Shown: one piece after another, positions 39,601-51,022 of the stretch
Layout: each line of letters begins with the position of its first letter
Numbering within the stretch: position 1 is the stretch's first letter
Origin: Amphiscolops sp. MND2022
Lineage: Eukaryota
NCBI GenBank assembly: GCA_964187785.1
Contig: OZ076409.1
Location: 52,640,001 to 52,704,000, forward strand
DNA: 64,000 nucleotides
Direction of reading: 5' to 3'
Made by a program: the position numbers and the translations under genes
Notes under the pieces: generated by a model
Databases searched by the model: none
What the model was told of the DNA's origin: nothing
The model's input: only the letters and a program-made list of their open reading frames with translations

Positions 39601-42600
39601 GGCGAGTTAGACAAAACGTCGGTAAAATTTTACATTCATGTACTTCAACGAAATTTTCATGTTTTTTTACGGAACAGCAACACTGCATGTATAATCATAG
39701 CGTCATCACTATTTTACCAAATCAAACGCCAAGTCTACCTGGCTACAGTAACGCATTTGAATTACTGTATACACTCAAGTCACGTGGCTAGTTTCCACTG
39801 TGGACTTTGAGTCTACGCGGCGACAGTAAAGTAAGCACAAGTAAGGTATAAAAGAAGCACCGTCATTGGCTAATAACATTTGGACTGAGTGTACATTGAG
39901 CGCGATCAAAAGCACATTTGAACTCGTTTCCTTGTACTAATTGTTAGTATCTCAAAGTACTGTACTTCTTTTACCAGTTTACAGCTCTTGTTAACTAACA
40001 TAGCAAAATACAGGAGAATCAGCAACGATTAGAAACCAGGCACAAAATGAATTATTAAAACATAATATTATCTAAGTCTAATTGTGCTGATATTATTTTT
40101 TGTTGTGGCCGTACGGACTACAGGTCCACTAAGTTTTTTTATCGGGAGTACACCTGGTGGAGGATTAGTGTTGTCCCCTTCTACCAATATTTGATAGAAG
40201 TTCCTGTCGCAGGCGGCAGCCTGCTACAGGTACATTTTTCGCAATCTATCTACTAAAACGTTTCAAAGTTTTCAAAGTTTTATTATATAACGGATGTCAA
40301 TATTTTAGATATACTTTACAGGCGCGAATAACGTCTAAACGTGTTTCGCGAATAACGTCAACAGACATAAAGTCTAAAATTATTCCCGCTTGCTATTATT
40401 CCTTCAGATCTTATTCCCCCAACCAACCGGAAATAACGACTTCAAAAGGGAAAAACGTCTAAACACAAGAATAAAGTCTGAAATCGGGAAAAACGTCTAA
40501 AATAACATTTAGAAATCATCAAAATACGTCTGAATCGGTCTTCAATCAGAAACAACCCTTTTCTATTGGAAACAAAAAGATATTGAAACAAGCACAAATA
40601 TGAGTAGTAGCGCGAATAACGTGTAAGGAAAAACGTCTAACAGTTTTCCGGGAATAATGTCTAAAGGAATAACGTCTACAATTCAGCGCTTCAAGATAGG
40701 GAATGCGCATAACTTGGCTACAGACGTTCTCGTTTTGCATTTAGACGAGATTCCTTAGATGTTATACTACCCCCAAATGAGAACTGTAGTGGTTTTTCCT
40801 CGAATTCGAGAAAACTTCCTTCGAAGATTTTCAAGAAATTGATGATTTGCATGGAACTTGAATCGAAATGCTCACAAAAGCCTATTATAACCTTATTTCT
40901 GGTAATTTGGAATTGGTTACGAATTTCGTGGCTGAAAAAAGTATCAAAAATGAATTTTCAACAATCAAAATCGCTGATTATAATATACCGTTCTCAAAGT
41001 AGTTCCCTGAAAAAACCGTATAGAACTTCAATATGAAATTGTTTTCGCTTTTCCAAACCCGAAAAGTGATAAACATTTTGTTTTTCAGCAAGCCGCAAGC
41101 AAAACAAACATTTTCCGCTAAATTCGTACGAATTTGTTTGCCACACTGGCATGCCTTGATTATTTCTTTATGTCTTATTAAAGCGTCTTTGCTTACAAAA
41201 TTTGAGATTTTTCCCTAAAAACCTGCAAAATGTTGCGGGTGATCTTTTAATTTTCTTGAAGTTGCTTTGAAAACCCGCAAGGGGGTAGAGAAATCTTGAT
41301 AAATACATGAAAAACCATTGACGCACCATGAACATATTGAGCATTAAAGCGTCTCTAGCAGCTCTCAAAAACCTAATAAATTTGTTTTGTAGCCTATAAA
41401 AACATGTACAAGTTTCGAGCACTTTCAACTAGATCATGCATAATTGCATTAACTAGTTTTCAGATCAGTAGAGACTTCTCAAGTTTCAAATATTACGACG
41501 CTTTTATGTCGATCAATATGAAGCTGGAAGGTGTCTGATTTTTCCAAAAGAATATTAGCAGAATATACAAAAAATATCACAATCCCACTGAGCCTCTTCG
41601 TTGTTCATGAAACAGTCGGTGTATTCTCAAGTCTCATGACCAATTTCATAAAATTTCCCATGGATTCTTCAATTGATATGCTTCTACTGACAGTTCTAAC
41701 GAGATTGTTTTGAAAGTCAAAATGTTTAGAGCGTTTCGCAAATATAAATGGAAATGCCTTGTTATCGCTATTCACAGACAAAAGTTTCGAAGCACTCCAT
41801 AGTAGACGCTCCTCGAAAAAAAATAAACCAACCATATGAAGTATGAAGTTCAAGCAGCCGATTGGATTTTTGGATCGATGGAAAAACTTTCTCAATCCGC
41901 TCAAATCAAATGTTCTTAGACCAATCGAAAATGAAACATGACGAAAATTCGATAGTTGACTCAGCTCATTCTCTCACGATGCCCCGTCGTTTTTGCTATG
42001 AAGAAAAACACGCCTTTTAGGATTCAATTGGACGTATCTTATATTAGAGCAGGAAATGAAATTGAGGTCGTCTTTTTGAAGCATGCTCCATAGTAGGAGA
42101 AACGCGATGGAAATCCTATAATTTAACCATGAAAAGGCCTTAGAAGTTTTTTAGTGAAAACCAGAACAGAACATTGTTTAACTGAAAATAGTAGTTCCAC
42201 GTCTAAAAATAAACGACAATATGTTAATTCGTACCCAACTGTGTTTTATATAATTGCAACGTTGCGATTCCGATTCAAAATTTTCGTTTCGTAAATTTCA
42301 TGAATCTTATTTTGTTTTTCCCTTATTCTCGCCAAACGTATTTTAAGTAAGTTAAAGGTTTATTGTTAGTGAAAAACAATGAACATTATTCAACATCAAT
42401 GATGACACACGTGAGGTCGACTTGTGTCTCCGTTGTTATTTCCTTGTTTCAAGCATCTATTTTAGAATCTTGATATCCTCCAAGATGAGCGTAAATTGCA
42501 CAACTTTTGTTGGCCCGTTTTTCTCACGGAGTAGATTATTAATCTTGTTTATTGCATTTTCGGTGTAGTTGCTGACATGCTTTTTAGATTGCAACTTCCA

Positions 42601-45600
42601 GTTACAGCAATGACTTCTTCGTTGCTGATGCCCCTTTAAGTCTTGCAGATAGTCATCAACATAATGCAATCATTCTATTTTTCGAAAATGTAGGGCATCA
42701 AAGTAGTTTTTCAATCTTTTGAAAGCTCGTAGATTGATATTTTCAAAGTTTCAAAGAATTTAGAATTTCCAATAGGTGAAGTCTAGTTTCTAGCAAATGA
42801 GCTTGAGCCTACCTGGTTCAGAGTCCATGGTTTTCAGATCATGATTCATCTATGATTGATGCGTTCGTCAAGCCGTGAATCATTCCATAATCATGAAAAC
42901 ATCTCATGGATTGAAATGCCATGGTTCATGGATGAAACGCAATGATGCCATGGATGACCATGGATGAAAACGCAGTAAAAGGCAGTAATTTTCATCAATT
43001 TTGGGTCTTCTGCTTTTTTGTCTTGAGTCCAAAAACACTGCTGTTTGACTGGTTGATTTGTGTGGTTGGTTTGTGTTGGTTTGTTATCGCTTGTAGCTAC
43101 AATGGAGAGTCACCTCCATCCATCCTCTTCGGGTCCCTTGCCGACGAACGGCAAAGAAGACGGCATGTCAATTCGTACCAAATTTTGTTTTACATTATTT
43201 ACAACGTTATGAATTTGACTCAACAAATTGGCTTCAAAACACTTTTTGAAAGTTTCCCGGATTTTATATTTTGATATTTTCACAAAAAAACTTCTGCAAA
43301 CAAAAATATTTCCTTTCGAAAGTTTCTGATTGGTGTTTGATGAAATGCATAACTTATCACAGACTTGCTAATACATTCCATGGATTACAAAACATGTAGC
43401 TTTCTGGCATAGATCCTCATGGATGAATCATGGGTTCCCATCAGAGCCATGATCATAGATGATAAGCCATTCGATTGTAATGAAAATCCCCATGGATGAT
43501 TAGCTATGATTCGCATGTAATTCAAAAGTCGGCATGGATGATTAGCCATGATTCGAATGTAAATTTACATTCGAATCATGGCTTAAGTCATGAAAAAGCC
43601 ATGATTATGGATGAAAAGCTTAGATTGAGTCATGGTGGTCAACCTATGCCTTGCAGGAGAGAGAAGTTGCTTGCACGAGAGCTCAAGTTCACGTCCTGCC
43701 AGTCTATGATTTTCCTGTTTTTATTCGGCTTTATGTGAAATAATAACGTCACTATTATAAAAGCTCTTCGTCGTTTTTTCAATGTTTGATTTAAGTCCTT
43801 TTTGAATTACGATAATTTTCGAGTCTGGGATCTCTTGGGCCAGTAGCATATAAATTGTAAAAAAATGGCATATGGCAAGTGCATAACCCACTAGATTACG
43901 AGGGAGCTTGATCACGGTATGAAAAATAAATTATATGGAAATGCAGCCAAGGACCACTTTAAATTTCGAAGCTCGTCGAAAAAAAAATTTCTTCTTACGG
44001 GTAGTAAAAACTTCCCAAACGGCCAAAAATCCCAAAGGGATGCCTAAAGATTGTCAAAAGAAGGTATCTAACCTGTTGACTGCAACAAACATCATAGTCC
44101 AAAGACTGCCGAAACAGCTCAGCATGCAGATGATGCCACTTATTTCACAGAGGACGGGGAACTCGGGCAAAAAGGTGTCCCCTCGGATTGCCCCGATAAG
44201 AGCAAACACGTCCATTGACATGACCCCAAGGTCAAACAGGGCCAGATTGGCCACAAAGATGTGCGGGATTTCCCGCAAGTGTTTCATGAACACAATACTC
44301 GCAATCACTGAAACAAAAATGACCGTGACAGTTTCAAGAAGTTTTGGGAATTTGTTCGTGCATGAACAAAAAAAATTAGTTGTTCAGGAGATCCTAGCCA
44401 AATAGCATAGAAAAAGAGCTTTCAAGTTATGGGGAACTTCGTCATATCCGCGCAAAGTCATGCCTTTAGTTATATATAACTATGCCTTTAGTTATCTTGA
44501 AAAACGGTTGCTTTAATTTTACAATAGTTTCTCTAAGGAACTGATTCTCGAGTTCGTAAATCAATTTCCAAACGTCGAAAGTTTAACAAGCACAATGCCG
44601 TGAAAAAGAAGGGAAACTTTCGACACAAAGTCTAATTTATAAATGAAACTATCCAAAAAAGAGTAAGAAAGTGAACTTTTTATTAAATGAAAAATTCTGG
44701 AAAGTTACTTGGTCCAAGGTAGTTTTAAAACAAGCCGGGAACGGCCCAAGTCGGCGCCATATCTAAGGCTCAAAAATAGCAAAAGCACTTCAAAGTGTCA
44801 AGTACTCTCTTATACAGTACCCGAATGAGGAAAAAATTTTCTAATTTTTTTTCGAAATTATTTTGGAGTCTCCGGAAAGTCCCATAGTGCCGAAAAATGT
44901 AAAAGGCCCTTTGGGAGTTTTTGAACATCCATTCTTTTGCAAAATAGAAAATTGAAGGGGGACCCTTTGGAGACATTAAAATATTTTGCAAAAAAAGTCT
45001 CACAAAGCCGAAATAACCTGCACAAAAAAATTGGTCAAGGGCGGGACTCGAACCCACACCTCAAAAAGCCTAATTAACCTCTATGCCAAGTGCCAGTAGA
45101 AGTAGTGTGGCAGTTAGTGTTAGTGCAAGTCAACTTATAAAGCTTATAAAATCTGTCAGTTCGTTGGTCCTAAAAAAGTAACTACTATAGTCTGCGTTTT
45201 TCTACGAAAAGCGCCGACTAAAAACGACCTAAAGCTATCTAAGACTTAGAGCAGAAAGCGCAAAACTTTGTAGAACAAAATAAATTAACCACTTCGGTCA
45301 GATTGAAAGGAAAAACAAAAAACCGGCGAGAAACCACTGTAGTTGCGACCTTATATTTTTCATAGCATTAACTAGAACTTTTTTTCTTGTTTTTTCCGTA
45401 GTAAGGCCAAAACTAATTCGGAAAAACTTCAAAGGTTTCAGCAGAGCAACTTTTTTTAAACGTTAGAAACGTCAAATCCGAAAAAGTTTGATTTGAGATC
45501 AATTCCCAAAAAATGATGAAAGTTCTTAACTTGTCAGATTCGATCTCCACATTTTGAATTCGATTTGAAAATAACGTCAATATTCCGGACATGCGCATTT

Positions 45601-48600
45601 TTTAAACATTAAATAGGTAACATCAGACGAGGATATTATTAAAATTCAATTTGGAACAATACAGTTTTCGACACTCGATAAGTTCTCGGCAAGACATAAT
45701 GCAATTTGGACATAACGTCACAAATCGGATATTGTGCTCTATTGTCGGTACAAAGGAGTTTTGTAAGGTAACGTTATCAGGATAGTTCAATGCGGAGTCA
45801 TGAAAATTATTGGCTCGCGCGGAATTCAACTCCTGTTTTTCTGAACACTTTTCAGAAAAACAGAAGTTGAATTCCGCGCGAGAAAATAATTTTGGCAATA
45901 ATTTAGCAAATCATGTTTTGAAATTCTTGACAAGAATCTTGCCAAGATTCTTGTCAAGAAATCCGGTAGGTAAAAACTGCATGCAGAAAATCTGTGATAA
46001 ATTATGAAAAAGGTAACCGATGATTTTTGTGGGCAACGGTTTTTTTACGTAGAAGTTGCTCGATAACCTTCCGAGGTTTTTACTTGATTGATTTGAACGT
46101 TAATTTATTTATAAATAAATTAACGTTCAAATCAATCAAGTAAACCTTGGAAAGTTATCGAGCAACTTCTACGTAAAAAAACCGTTGCCCACAAAAATCA
46201 TCGGTTACCTTTTTCTCTGAAGTTTGGAAGGACTCGCTATACAACTTTTGTTCATTTTAATCGTGGTTGAGTAGCTTGATTCACATTGGAGCTAGAAGCA
46301 TTTTTTCTGAGGCTCTTTAGAGCATCGGACTTCGTGCAAAGATACGTCATTCGTTAATCAGTGTGTCATTTGCAGCACTCACAGTTAGATTTTCGAGATT
46401 ATCCTATCGTTAATTGCACTAGTAATAGCTTTTTGAATCTGCCTATTTAGATTCTGCATCAATCTATCAATTTCCCTTGTCATTATATGATTAATTTCCC
46501 CAGTTAGGCTTTCCATGTTTTGTTATTTGTCTCTTGAAAACTCCTGTCATTTCTAAAGTCGTCATCAGCCTCTCTAAATCCATTCTCCTGTGAAGAACTA
46601 TCTATTTTTCCTGTTAAAACAGTTTTGATGATTATTCAGGTCCCGTCAAGTTGTCTAACTTTTGTTCTCTTCGCTCTCCGTGCATTAACCAATCGTGATA
46701 TTTGAACTTTCGATGCCAGACATGTTCGACCTCCTTGATCTTTCCTGCAGAAAACATCTCGTTGAAACTTCTATTAGGTTTTTTTCAGGAAATCTAATTG
46801 CAAATGGTCTTTTTGACCTCAACTCTTACCTCATGTCAAAAAATTTTCCCCGAGATGGTCATTTTTATCAAAGGACTTCTTTTCCAATAGTTTCTGTCAC
46901 TAACTGTACTAGATTACATGAGTGAAACGGTTACCCTGAGTGTCTGGTTCGGATGAGTTTTGGAATCAAGTGTGTTTCAATGCAACGCTGGTCAAAATTT
47001 ATTTCGTTTCCAAAAGTAGATAAAGTCAAAGATTCAACCTTTGTTTTTTTTTCATTATTCACTTTTTTGCAAATATTTTACACCAATTTTTAGTCGGCGC
47101 TTTTCGAAGAAAAGAACCGACCATAGAAGTGGCTTTTTGTGAAGACCAGCGAACTGACAGTTTTTTTATAAGATAGGCAATTCTATAATTAAAAGCAACT
47201 ACTAATCTGTGACTTAGTGACATTAAACATCTTAGTTTAGAGGTTAACGCGGATTCCTTGAGCTCTAAAAAGCAGGAATGCGTGGGTTCGAGTCTCGCAC
47301 TGAACCAAAGATTGTTTAGGCTTGCAAAAGTAGAGAGGAGACCAAAGATCGTTTTTAGTTAGCGCTTTTCTAGTGAAAAGTGTCCGACTTTTACAATGAC
47401 TAGTTTTTTTTCGTCAGACTACAGACCTCACCCTGTATGTACCACTTTCTGTGCATTATACAGTTTTACCATAAGTACTTAGTGCTTCATTTTGAAAGCA
47501 TCCAAAGCCTCTGAAAAACCATTTAAAAGCAGAAGCGTTCCCCCTTTCCAAACTTTTTGGCGCTATGAGACTTTTCCCGCACCCGTTTTGAGAGACGTTT
47601 TTGAAAACTTTTAATGTCTCGAAAGAGTCCACGTTCAATTTTTTTTTTGAAATTTGCAATAGAATGGATGTAGAAAAATCCAAGATGGTCCTCCCTTTTA
47701 GCGCGCCAAAACTTGACACTTTGGAAGCGGAAGAATACACGGTGAAAATAGTCAACTTTACATTATCTTTTGGAACCTCATATGCACACATGCATGAACT
47801 ATTATTAGTCTGCCTTTTCGAAGAAAAAGCACGACCCTTACAATGGCTCGTTTTTGTTGTCAGTTCAACGCGATCGGTCCACTTTTTTGTTGTTTCATTT
47901 GTCCAACTTCTTGGCCGAGAGTTTAACACGGATTTAAGTTCAGATATAGCCTTTCAAAGTTCAGATGTAACGTTTTCAAGTTCGAATGTAGCGTATTCAA
48001 AGTTCGAATATAACGTTTTCAAAGTTCGTCACCGACCCGAAAGTTTGACTGATTGACCAAACGGTGTGTAACTAAAGATAGCAAGTCTTCTATGGTCGCG
48101 TAAAGTTCGTCTGGAGGCACTGTTCTGTTTAAAATATGGTTTTGACGTTGCCTTCGCGCGAAAAGTTGTTGTCCTCTGTAGCTGTTTCCATGTGCGCTCT
48201 AGGCGTTTTTCCTTCCGACGACTTGTTTCCATTTCTGAGGCTCGACGACAAAGTTGCAGTCCAAAAAGATTCGATTTCAACTGATGCAGACTTACAAAGA
48301 ACTAATTTTCGACTTCCTTTTAAATTAAAACAGTACAACCTATTTATACCTTCCTAGCATATTTTATCCTTTCCTAAAAATTCTTACGAATTTTGAAAAC
48401 GTGAAATGTTTTTGACTAAATTGAGCACACCTGCAACTTTGAAAAGATTTCAGTCAATCGTCATATTGTCGACGCAATATACTAGACTGTTTCATTCTTA
48501 CTTTGAATACTCGACTAGACAAGGTTGACATTAATCTAAATCCGCCATTAGTTGTTCGTGACTTATCGTCAGTGTGGCGGCAAAATCTGCGTTAGTCAAC

Positions 48601-49940
48601 GACGCTAAATGTGAACAATTGCGATAATTCGGTAGAGCCTGACAAAAACTTGACGCGGCGGTGACTAATGAAAATGACATTTCGCGAGAGAATTGAACAA
48701 AGTTGCTGGAGGAAAGCAACAGAAAAGAATAGGAATTACAACATCTGGTTAAACCGACGTTTCAAACTATATCACATGAATGAGTGAAAAATCTTTAATT
48801 TGAGCGTATATCATCCATGCGTCAAGTATTTATATCATTTAAACATGGTACAAGCAATCGAATGCATCCGTAGAAAAATTATTATCAAACGAAACATTAG
48901 CAAACCAAAAAATTAGCAGCCTTCCGTTTCATTTTAGGACAAAACCTAAATAATGAGTATACCATTTAAACACAACGAGAAACTTCGCTTGTAAAAATTG
49001 ACCAACGTCGTCAACATTACGTCTCAATATAATTACGTTAAAAAACCTTTGTTCAAAACTAATACGTAAAACGGAGATTTTGTAACATCATTCTGATGTT
49101 TATAAGGTTTAAACGATAATTTGTGACGTTTCGCCATCGATTTACACAGTGCATGTAATAAAAACTATTGATTAAAAGTAGGTCAACGATTGGTTGACAT
49201 AAAAATTCAAACAACTCTTTATATAGAAATATTATGTTGATGTAAGGACAACCCCTCTATATGCTTGAAAAGCATTGTTGAAAAATGGTTCCTTCTGAAA
49301 AAAATAGTCGTAATATATTTTCACTTCATTTAGTTCAACTTGTTGAAGCAAATGCTACGTAATAGTACAAACTTCCATAATTTGATACAATTGTTGACGT
49401 AGTGTTGACGTAGATTCAGAATCAGTCCATATTGCCTTGTTTGCGACGTCGTGTTGACGTGTGTATCAAGATTAGCTATATGCTAATAGCTATATATCCG
49501 TTGAATCAACGTCCGTTCAAAGCCGGAAAACGTTCTGGATTTAATTGCGTTCTCACAAATTAAAGAATTTCCATTTCAAATACCAATTTCAATGAGTTGT
49601 TTTGAGTTTCCAAAAAATGTCTTACTCTTCCGAAAAGACCACAAGTGGAGACTTTGGGCTCTCTCCGCTTCTTCATGTCGCAAGTCAGTATCATTGCTTC
49701 GCCGCAACTTTCCCTTTTTGCTTTCAATTCACAAAATTAAATTTCGATTAGAAGGTTCTCGATTCACGATTCATATTCCAGAAAGTGTAACGTTTCCGAA
49801 AACTGCAGAGGTATTGACTCACCCATCAAATTTCCTGGGACGCCCATAATGAGCATGATTGCCAGCCAGACTATCATGAGGATCCTCAAAGTCAGAGTCC
49901 ACGTGAGTTCCACCTCTTCCAGGGGCTGCACCCAGTCATC
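21374..49940 (-). CDS. Class A (rhodopsin-family) GPCR, melatonin-receptor-like; spliced gene: exons 49940-49823, 44307-44073, 24436-24150, 22332-22165, 21600-21374
   Basis: All four introns are GT-AG and phase-compatible (1,2,1,1). TM1 GVPGNLMV, TM2 FVANLALFD, TM3 LCEISG..AVNRF, TM4 W..DLPN, ECL2 Cys, TM5 LP..ISYCYVRIW, TM6 FVVTWVPF, TM7 AHSNSAFNFVIYG, helix 8 GFLRAY; no stops. Start codon unresolved. Confidence 0.92.
22165..22332 (-). CDS. GPCR exon (ICL3-TM6-ECL3), not in the ORF track
   Basis: TTTTAG acceptor, GTTAGT donor; STVASQTVSTRRKREQRQLLVSLVTIFAAFVVTWVPFGVIIFLFG. Confidence 0.9.
24150..24436 (-). CDS. GPCR exon (ICL2-TM4-ECL2-TM5)
   Basis: TTTAAG acceptor, GTACGT donor; FVFVCKNHIYDKIF..LLIWICVFCLDLPN..HCSF..ISYCYVRIWMKASK. 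Confidence 0.92.
24980..25210. repeat. Local direct duplication of about 85 bp
   Basis: AACAA.TATGATAACAAAACTT..AAAGAATCAATT.GTTTTAACGTA..AATAGAACAC at about 24980 and 25122. Confidence 0.75.
25579..25767 (+). repeat. 5' LTR, family B (189 bp)
   Basis: TGTAGAGG...TACAACA; by eye about 9 substitutions and one 5-bp indel versus the 3' LTR. Confidence 0.97.
25768..25779 (+). other. Primer-binding site TGGCGCAGTCAG (tRNA-Ser-like)
   Basis: Immediately follows the LTR; complementary to the GACUGCGCCA 3' end of invertebrate tRNA-Ser. Confidence 0.75.
25813..26451 (+). pseudogene. gag: gag, family B (probably internally deleted)
   Basis: WWRKFVQYI N-terminal part joined abruptly to CNKCG..HECPARGKKCAKSEKIGHNAKCC knuckles; frameshift before the protease. 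Confidence 0.8.
26467..30870 (+). pseudogene. pol: pol, family B (protease, RT, RNase H, integrase, long C-tail); 935-aa open block at 27202-30009
   Basis: IIDSGSPVTLIP; RT motif degraded to WLNDII; ITDASTKG and ELELLAVVWGLEHF; HKGHP..C..C; QLDFIGP and IRTDKATAF; stops near 26796, 27141, 30529 and a frameshift near 29775. Confidence 0.93.
31133..31146 (+). other. Polypurine tract
   Basis: GGAGGAAGGGTGAA directly before the 3' LTR. Confidence 0.85.
31147..31340 (+). repeat. 3' LTR, family B (194 bp)
   Basis: Direct repeat of 25579-25767. Confidence 0.97.
31872..32092 (-). mobile_element. Helentron/DINE-1-like element (family H2)
   Basis: Homolog of 20378-20596; TATTTTCCGCC / GGTGGAAAATA subterminal inverted repeat. 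Confidence 0.6.
34652..36106 (-). mobile_element. Decayed MULE/MuDR DNA transposon
   Basis: Imperfect TIRs built from TGCAATTTCAACC units; near-9-bp TSD TGTAAAAAT/TCTACAAAT; minus-strand RTTNNVEGW near 35570 matches the MULE RTNNxxEGW motif. Confidence 0.7.
38151..38657. mobile_element. MITE with CCC termini and 2-bp TSD (CMC/EnSpm-like)
   Basis: CCCTTGTTGAAACT..AGTCTCAACTATGG flanked by AA/AA; inverted homolog of 55354-55907. Confidence 0.72.
38709..39348 (-). pseudogene. gag N-terminal segment inside the solo LTR
   Basis: MPSTRKQKAKER, frameshift, then DIMSDTQNVDIMLGS..QIQSAISAAI..; homologous to 56376-56999. Confidence 0.78.
38726..40228 (-). repeat. Solo LTR of family A (1503 bp) in the GPCR intron, same orientation as the gene
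   Basis: Minus strand TGTAGCAGGC...CGCGACA; flanks GGCAC/GGTAC (5-bp TSD, one mismatch); carries the terminal hairpin and the gag N-terminus. Confidence 0.85.
40320..40775. repeat. MITE-like array of AATAACGTCTAA motifs with inverted copies at the right end
   Basis: About 9 direct copies at 40328-40680; TTAGACG and TTAGATGTTAT near 40741-40765. Confidence 0.5.
42810..43640. repeat. CATG-rich subterminal-repeat element (MITE-like)
   Basis: Dense CCATG/CATGA/TCATGG clusters at about 42825-42965 and 43378-43636 around a unique core; termini unresolved. Confidence 0.4.
44073..44307 (-). CDS. GPCR exon (end of TM1 to TM3)
   Basis: TTTCAG acceptor, GTTAGA donor; VIASIVFMKHLREIPHIFVANLALFD..LCEISGIIC..AVNR. 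Confidence 0.92.
44727..45224 (-). mobile_element. Helentron/DINE-1-like element (family H1)
   Basis: AACAAGCCGGGAACGGCCCAAGTCGGCGCC ... GCGCCGACTAAAA; same termini as 18152-18598, reversed. Confidence 0.75.
45803..45893. repeat. Hairpin with a core stem of about 31 bp
   Basis: TCGCGCGGAATTCAACTCCTGTTTTTCTGAA / TTCAGAAAAACAGAAGTTGAATTCCGCGCGA. Confidence 0.85.
46006..46215. repeat. Near-perfect 210-bp palindrome without a loop
   Basis: GAAAAAGGTAACCGATGATTTTTGTGGGCAACGG.. mirrored by ..CCGTTGCCCACAAAAATCATCGGTTACCTTTTTC; centre TTTA|TAAA at 46111/46112. Confidence 0.95.
46380..46690 (-). pseudogene. Old relic of family-A-like gag N-terminus
   Basis: LTGEINHIMTREIDRLMQNLNRQIQKAITSAINDRII resembles LNSRISREMDEMMNSVNVQIQRAISDAISAQVL. 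Confidence 0.55.
47088..47900 (+). mobile_element. Cluster of H1-family fragments
   Basis: TTTTAGTCGGCGCTTTTCG start at about 47088, degenerate restarts near 47352 and 47803; internal blocks match 45040-45224. Confidence 0.5.
49823..49940 (-). CDS. GPCR exon (N-terminus/TM1)
   Basis: CTACAG acceptor, GTGAGT donor; DDWVQPLEEVELTWTLTLRILMIVWLAIMLIMGVPGNLM. Confidence 0.9.
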
Positions 49941-50000
49941 CTGTAGCAAACAAAACAAACACTAAGTGGGTTTCTCATAATGAGTTCTATACATGCTAAC

Positions 50001-50092
50001 TTGAGTTTTTTTGTGGAACAAATTGAAGAAGCACTGGGAATTTCCTGTGATTAAATAACTTCCATTTTCATCTCGGAGACCATGACTGGAAT
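50001..50092 (-). CDS. Tentative GPCR N-terminal exon
   Basis: DSSHGLRDENGSYLITGNSQCFFNLFHKKTQ with an NGS sequon; phase-0 GTTAGC donor and a 60-bp intron join in frame to 49940. Confidence 0.55.
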
Positions 50093-50185
50093 CTTTTGAA
50101 AGGAACCTTTCTTTTTTTATCACGACGAAAAGTTGTTCAGAAATCAAATCAACGTATTTAAATTTTGAAAAAAATTTAGAATCTG

Positions 50186-51022
50186 TTTTTTAGTCGGCGC
50201 TTCATGAAGTGAAACGCGACTATTATAGTGACTCTTTTTTTTCAATCCACACGGACTGATCAAAGTAGTTCTTGAATGTTCTACAAAATATTATTGCACC
50301 AAATTGCACCATTTTGCCTTGCGAACTGAACCAAAAAAGTTTTTCCTGTTTTCCCGCGTAACATACCATACCGGGCGAGACCAAAGGGTCCCCCTTTCAA
50401 TTTTTTTCGGCACTGCAAGATTTTTTTCGGAAAAACTTTTTCCCCAAAGGGTCCCCCTTCATTTTTTTTGCTGTTTTGCGACAGAATGGATGTTGAAAAA
50501 TCCCAAAGGGTCCCTCCTTTCTGTTTTTTTTCGGCCTTGTGAGATTTTTTTCCGAAAATTAAAAAAAAAATTTCCCCTTCACTTTTTTGATGTTTTGCGA
50601 CAGAATGGAGGTTGAAAACCCCCAAAGGGTCCCCTTTCAGTTTTTCGGTATTGTGAGACTTTTTTTCTATAATTTTTTTCTCTCCAAAGGGTCCCTTTAA
50701 ATTTCTTTGATATTTTACAACAGATTGGGTCTTTAAAAATCCCAAAGGGTCCCCCCTTTCAGTTTGTCGGCATTGTGACTTTTTTCCGAAAATTTGTTTT
50801 TTCTCCAAAGGGTCCCCCCTTCAACTGCGACAAAACTGTTGACAATTTCGGAAGTGTCTCCCTATTAGCGCGCCAGGGGCTCGCGATAGCAGGCCCCGGC
50901 GCGCCACTTGGTCCATTTTTTTGGTTTTTTGATTTTCGAGTACTGTAAATTGACACTTGGGAGTCCTTTTGCTATTTTTGAGCCTTGGATATGGCGCCGA
51001 CTTGGGCCGGTCCCGGCTTGTT
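50186..51022 (+). mobile_element. Helentron/DINE-1-like element (family H1) with expanded internal tandem array
   Basis: Same termini as 18152-18598; about 7 CCAAAGGGTCCC units at 50381-50820. Confidence 0.8.

Noticed and set aside
45035..45060. tRNA-like boxes (GGTTCGAGTCCC on minus; also 47283, 9980, 24690)
   Set aside because: Isolated A/B-box-like motifs without a cloverleaf; at most SINE-derived debris.
50381..50820. Regularly spaced AAAGGGTCCC repeats resembling a CRISPR array
   Set aside because: Spacers are homologous to each other, the array sits inside a dispersed element, the context is eukaryotic and no cas genes are present.
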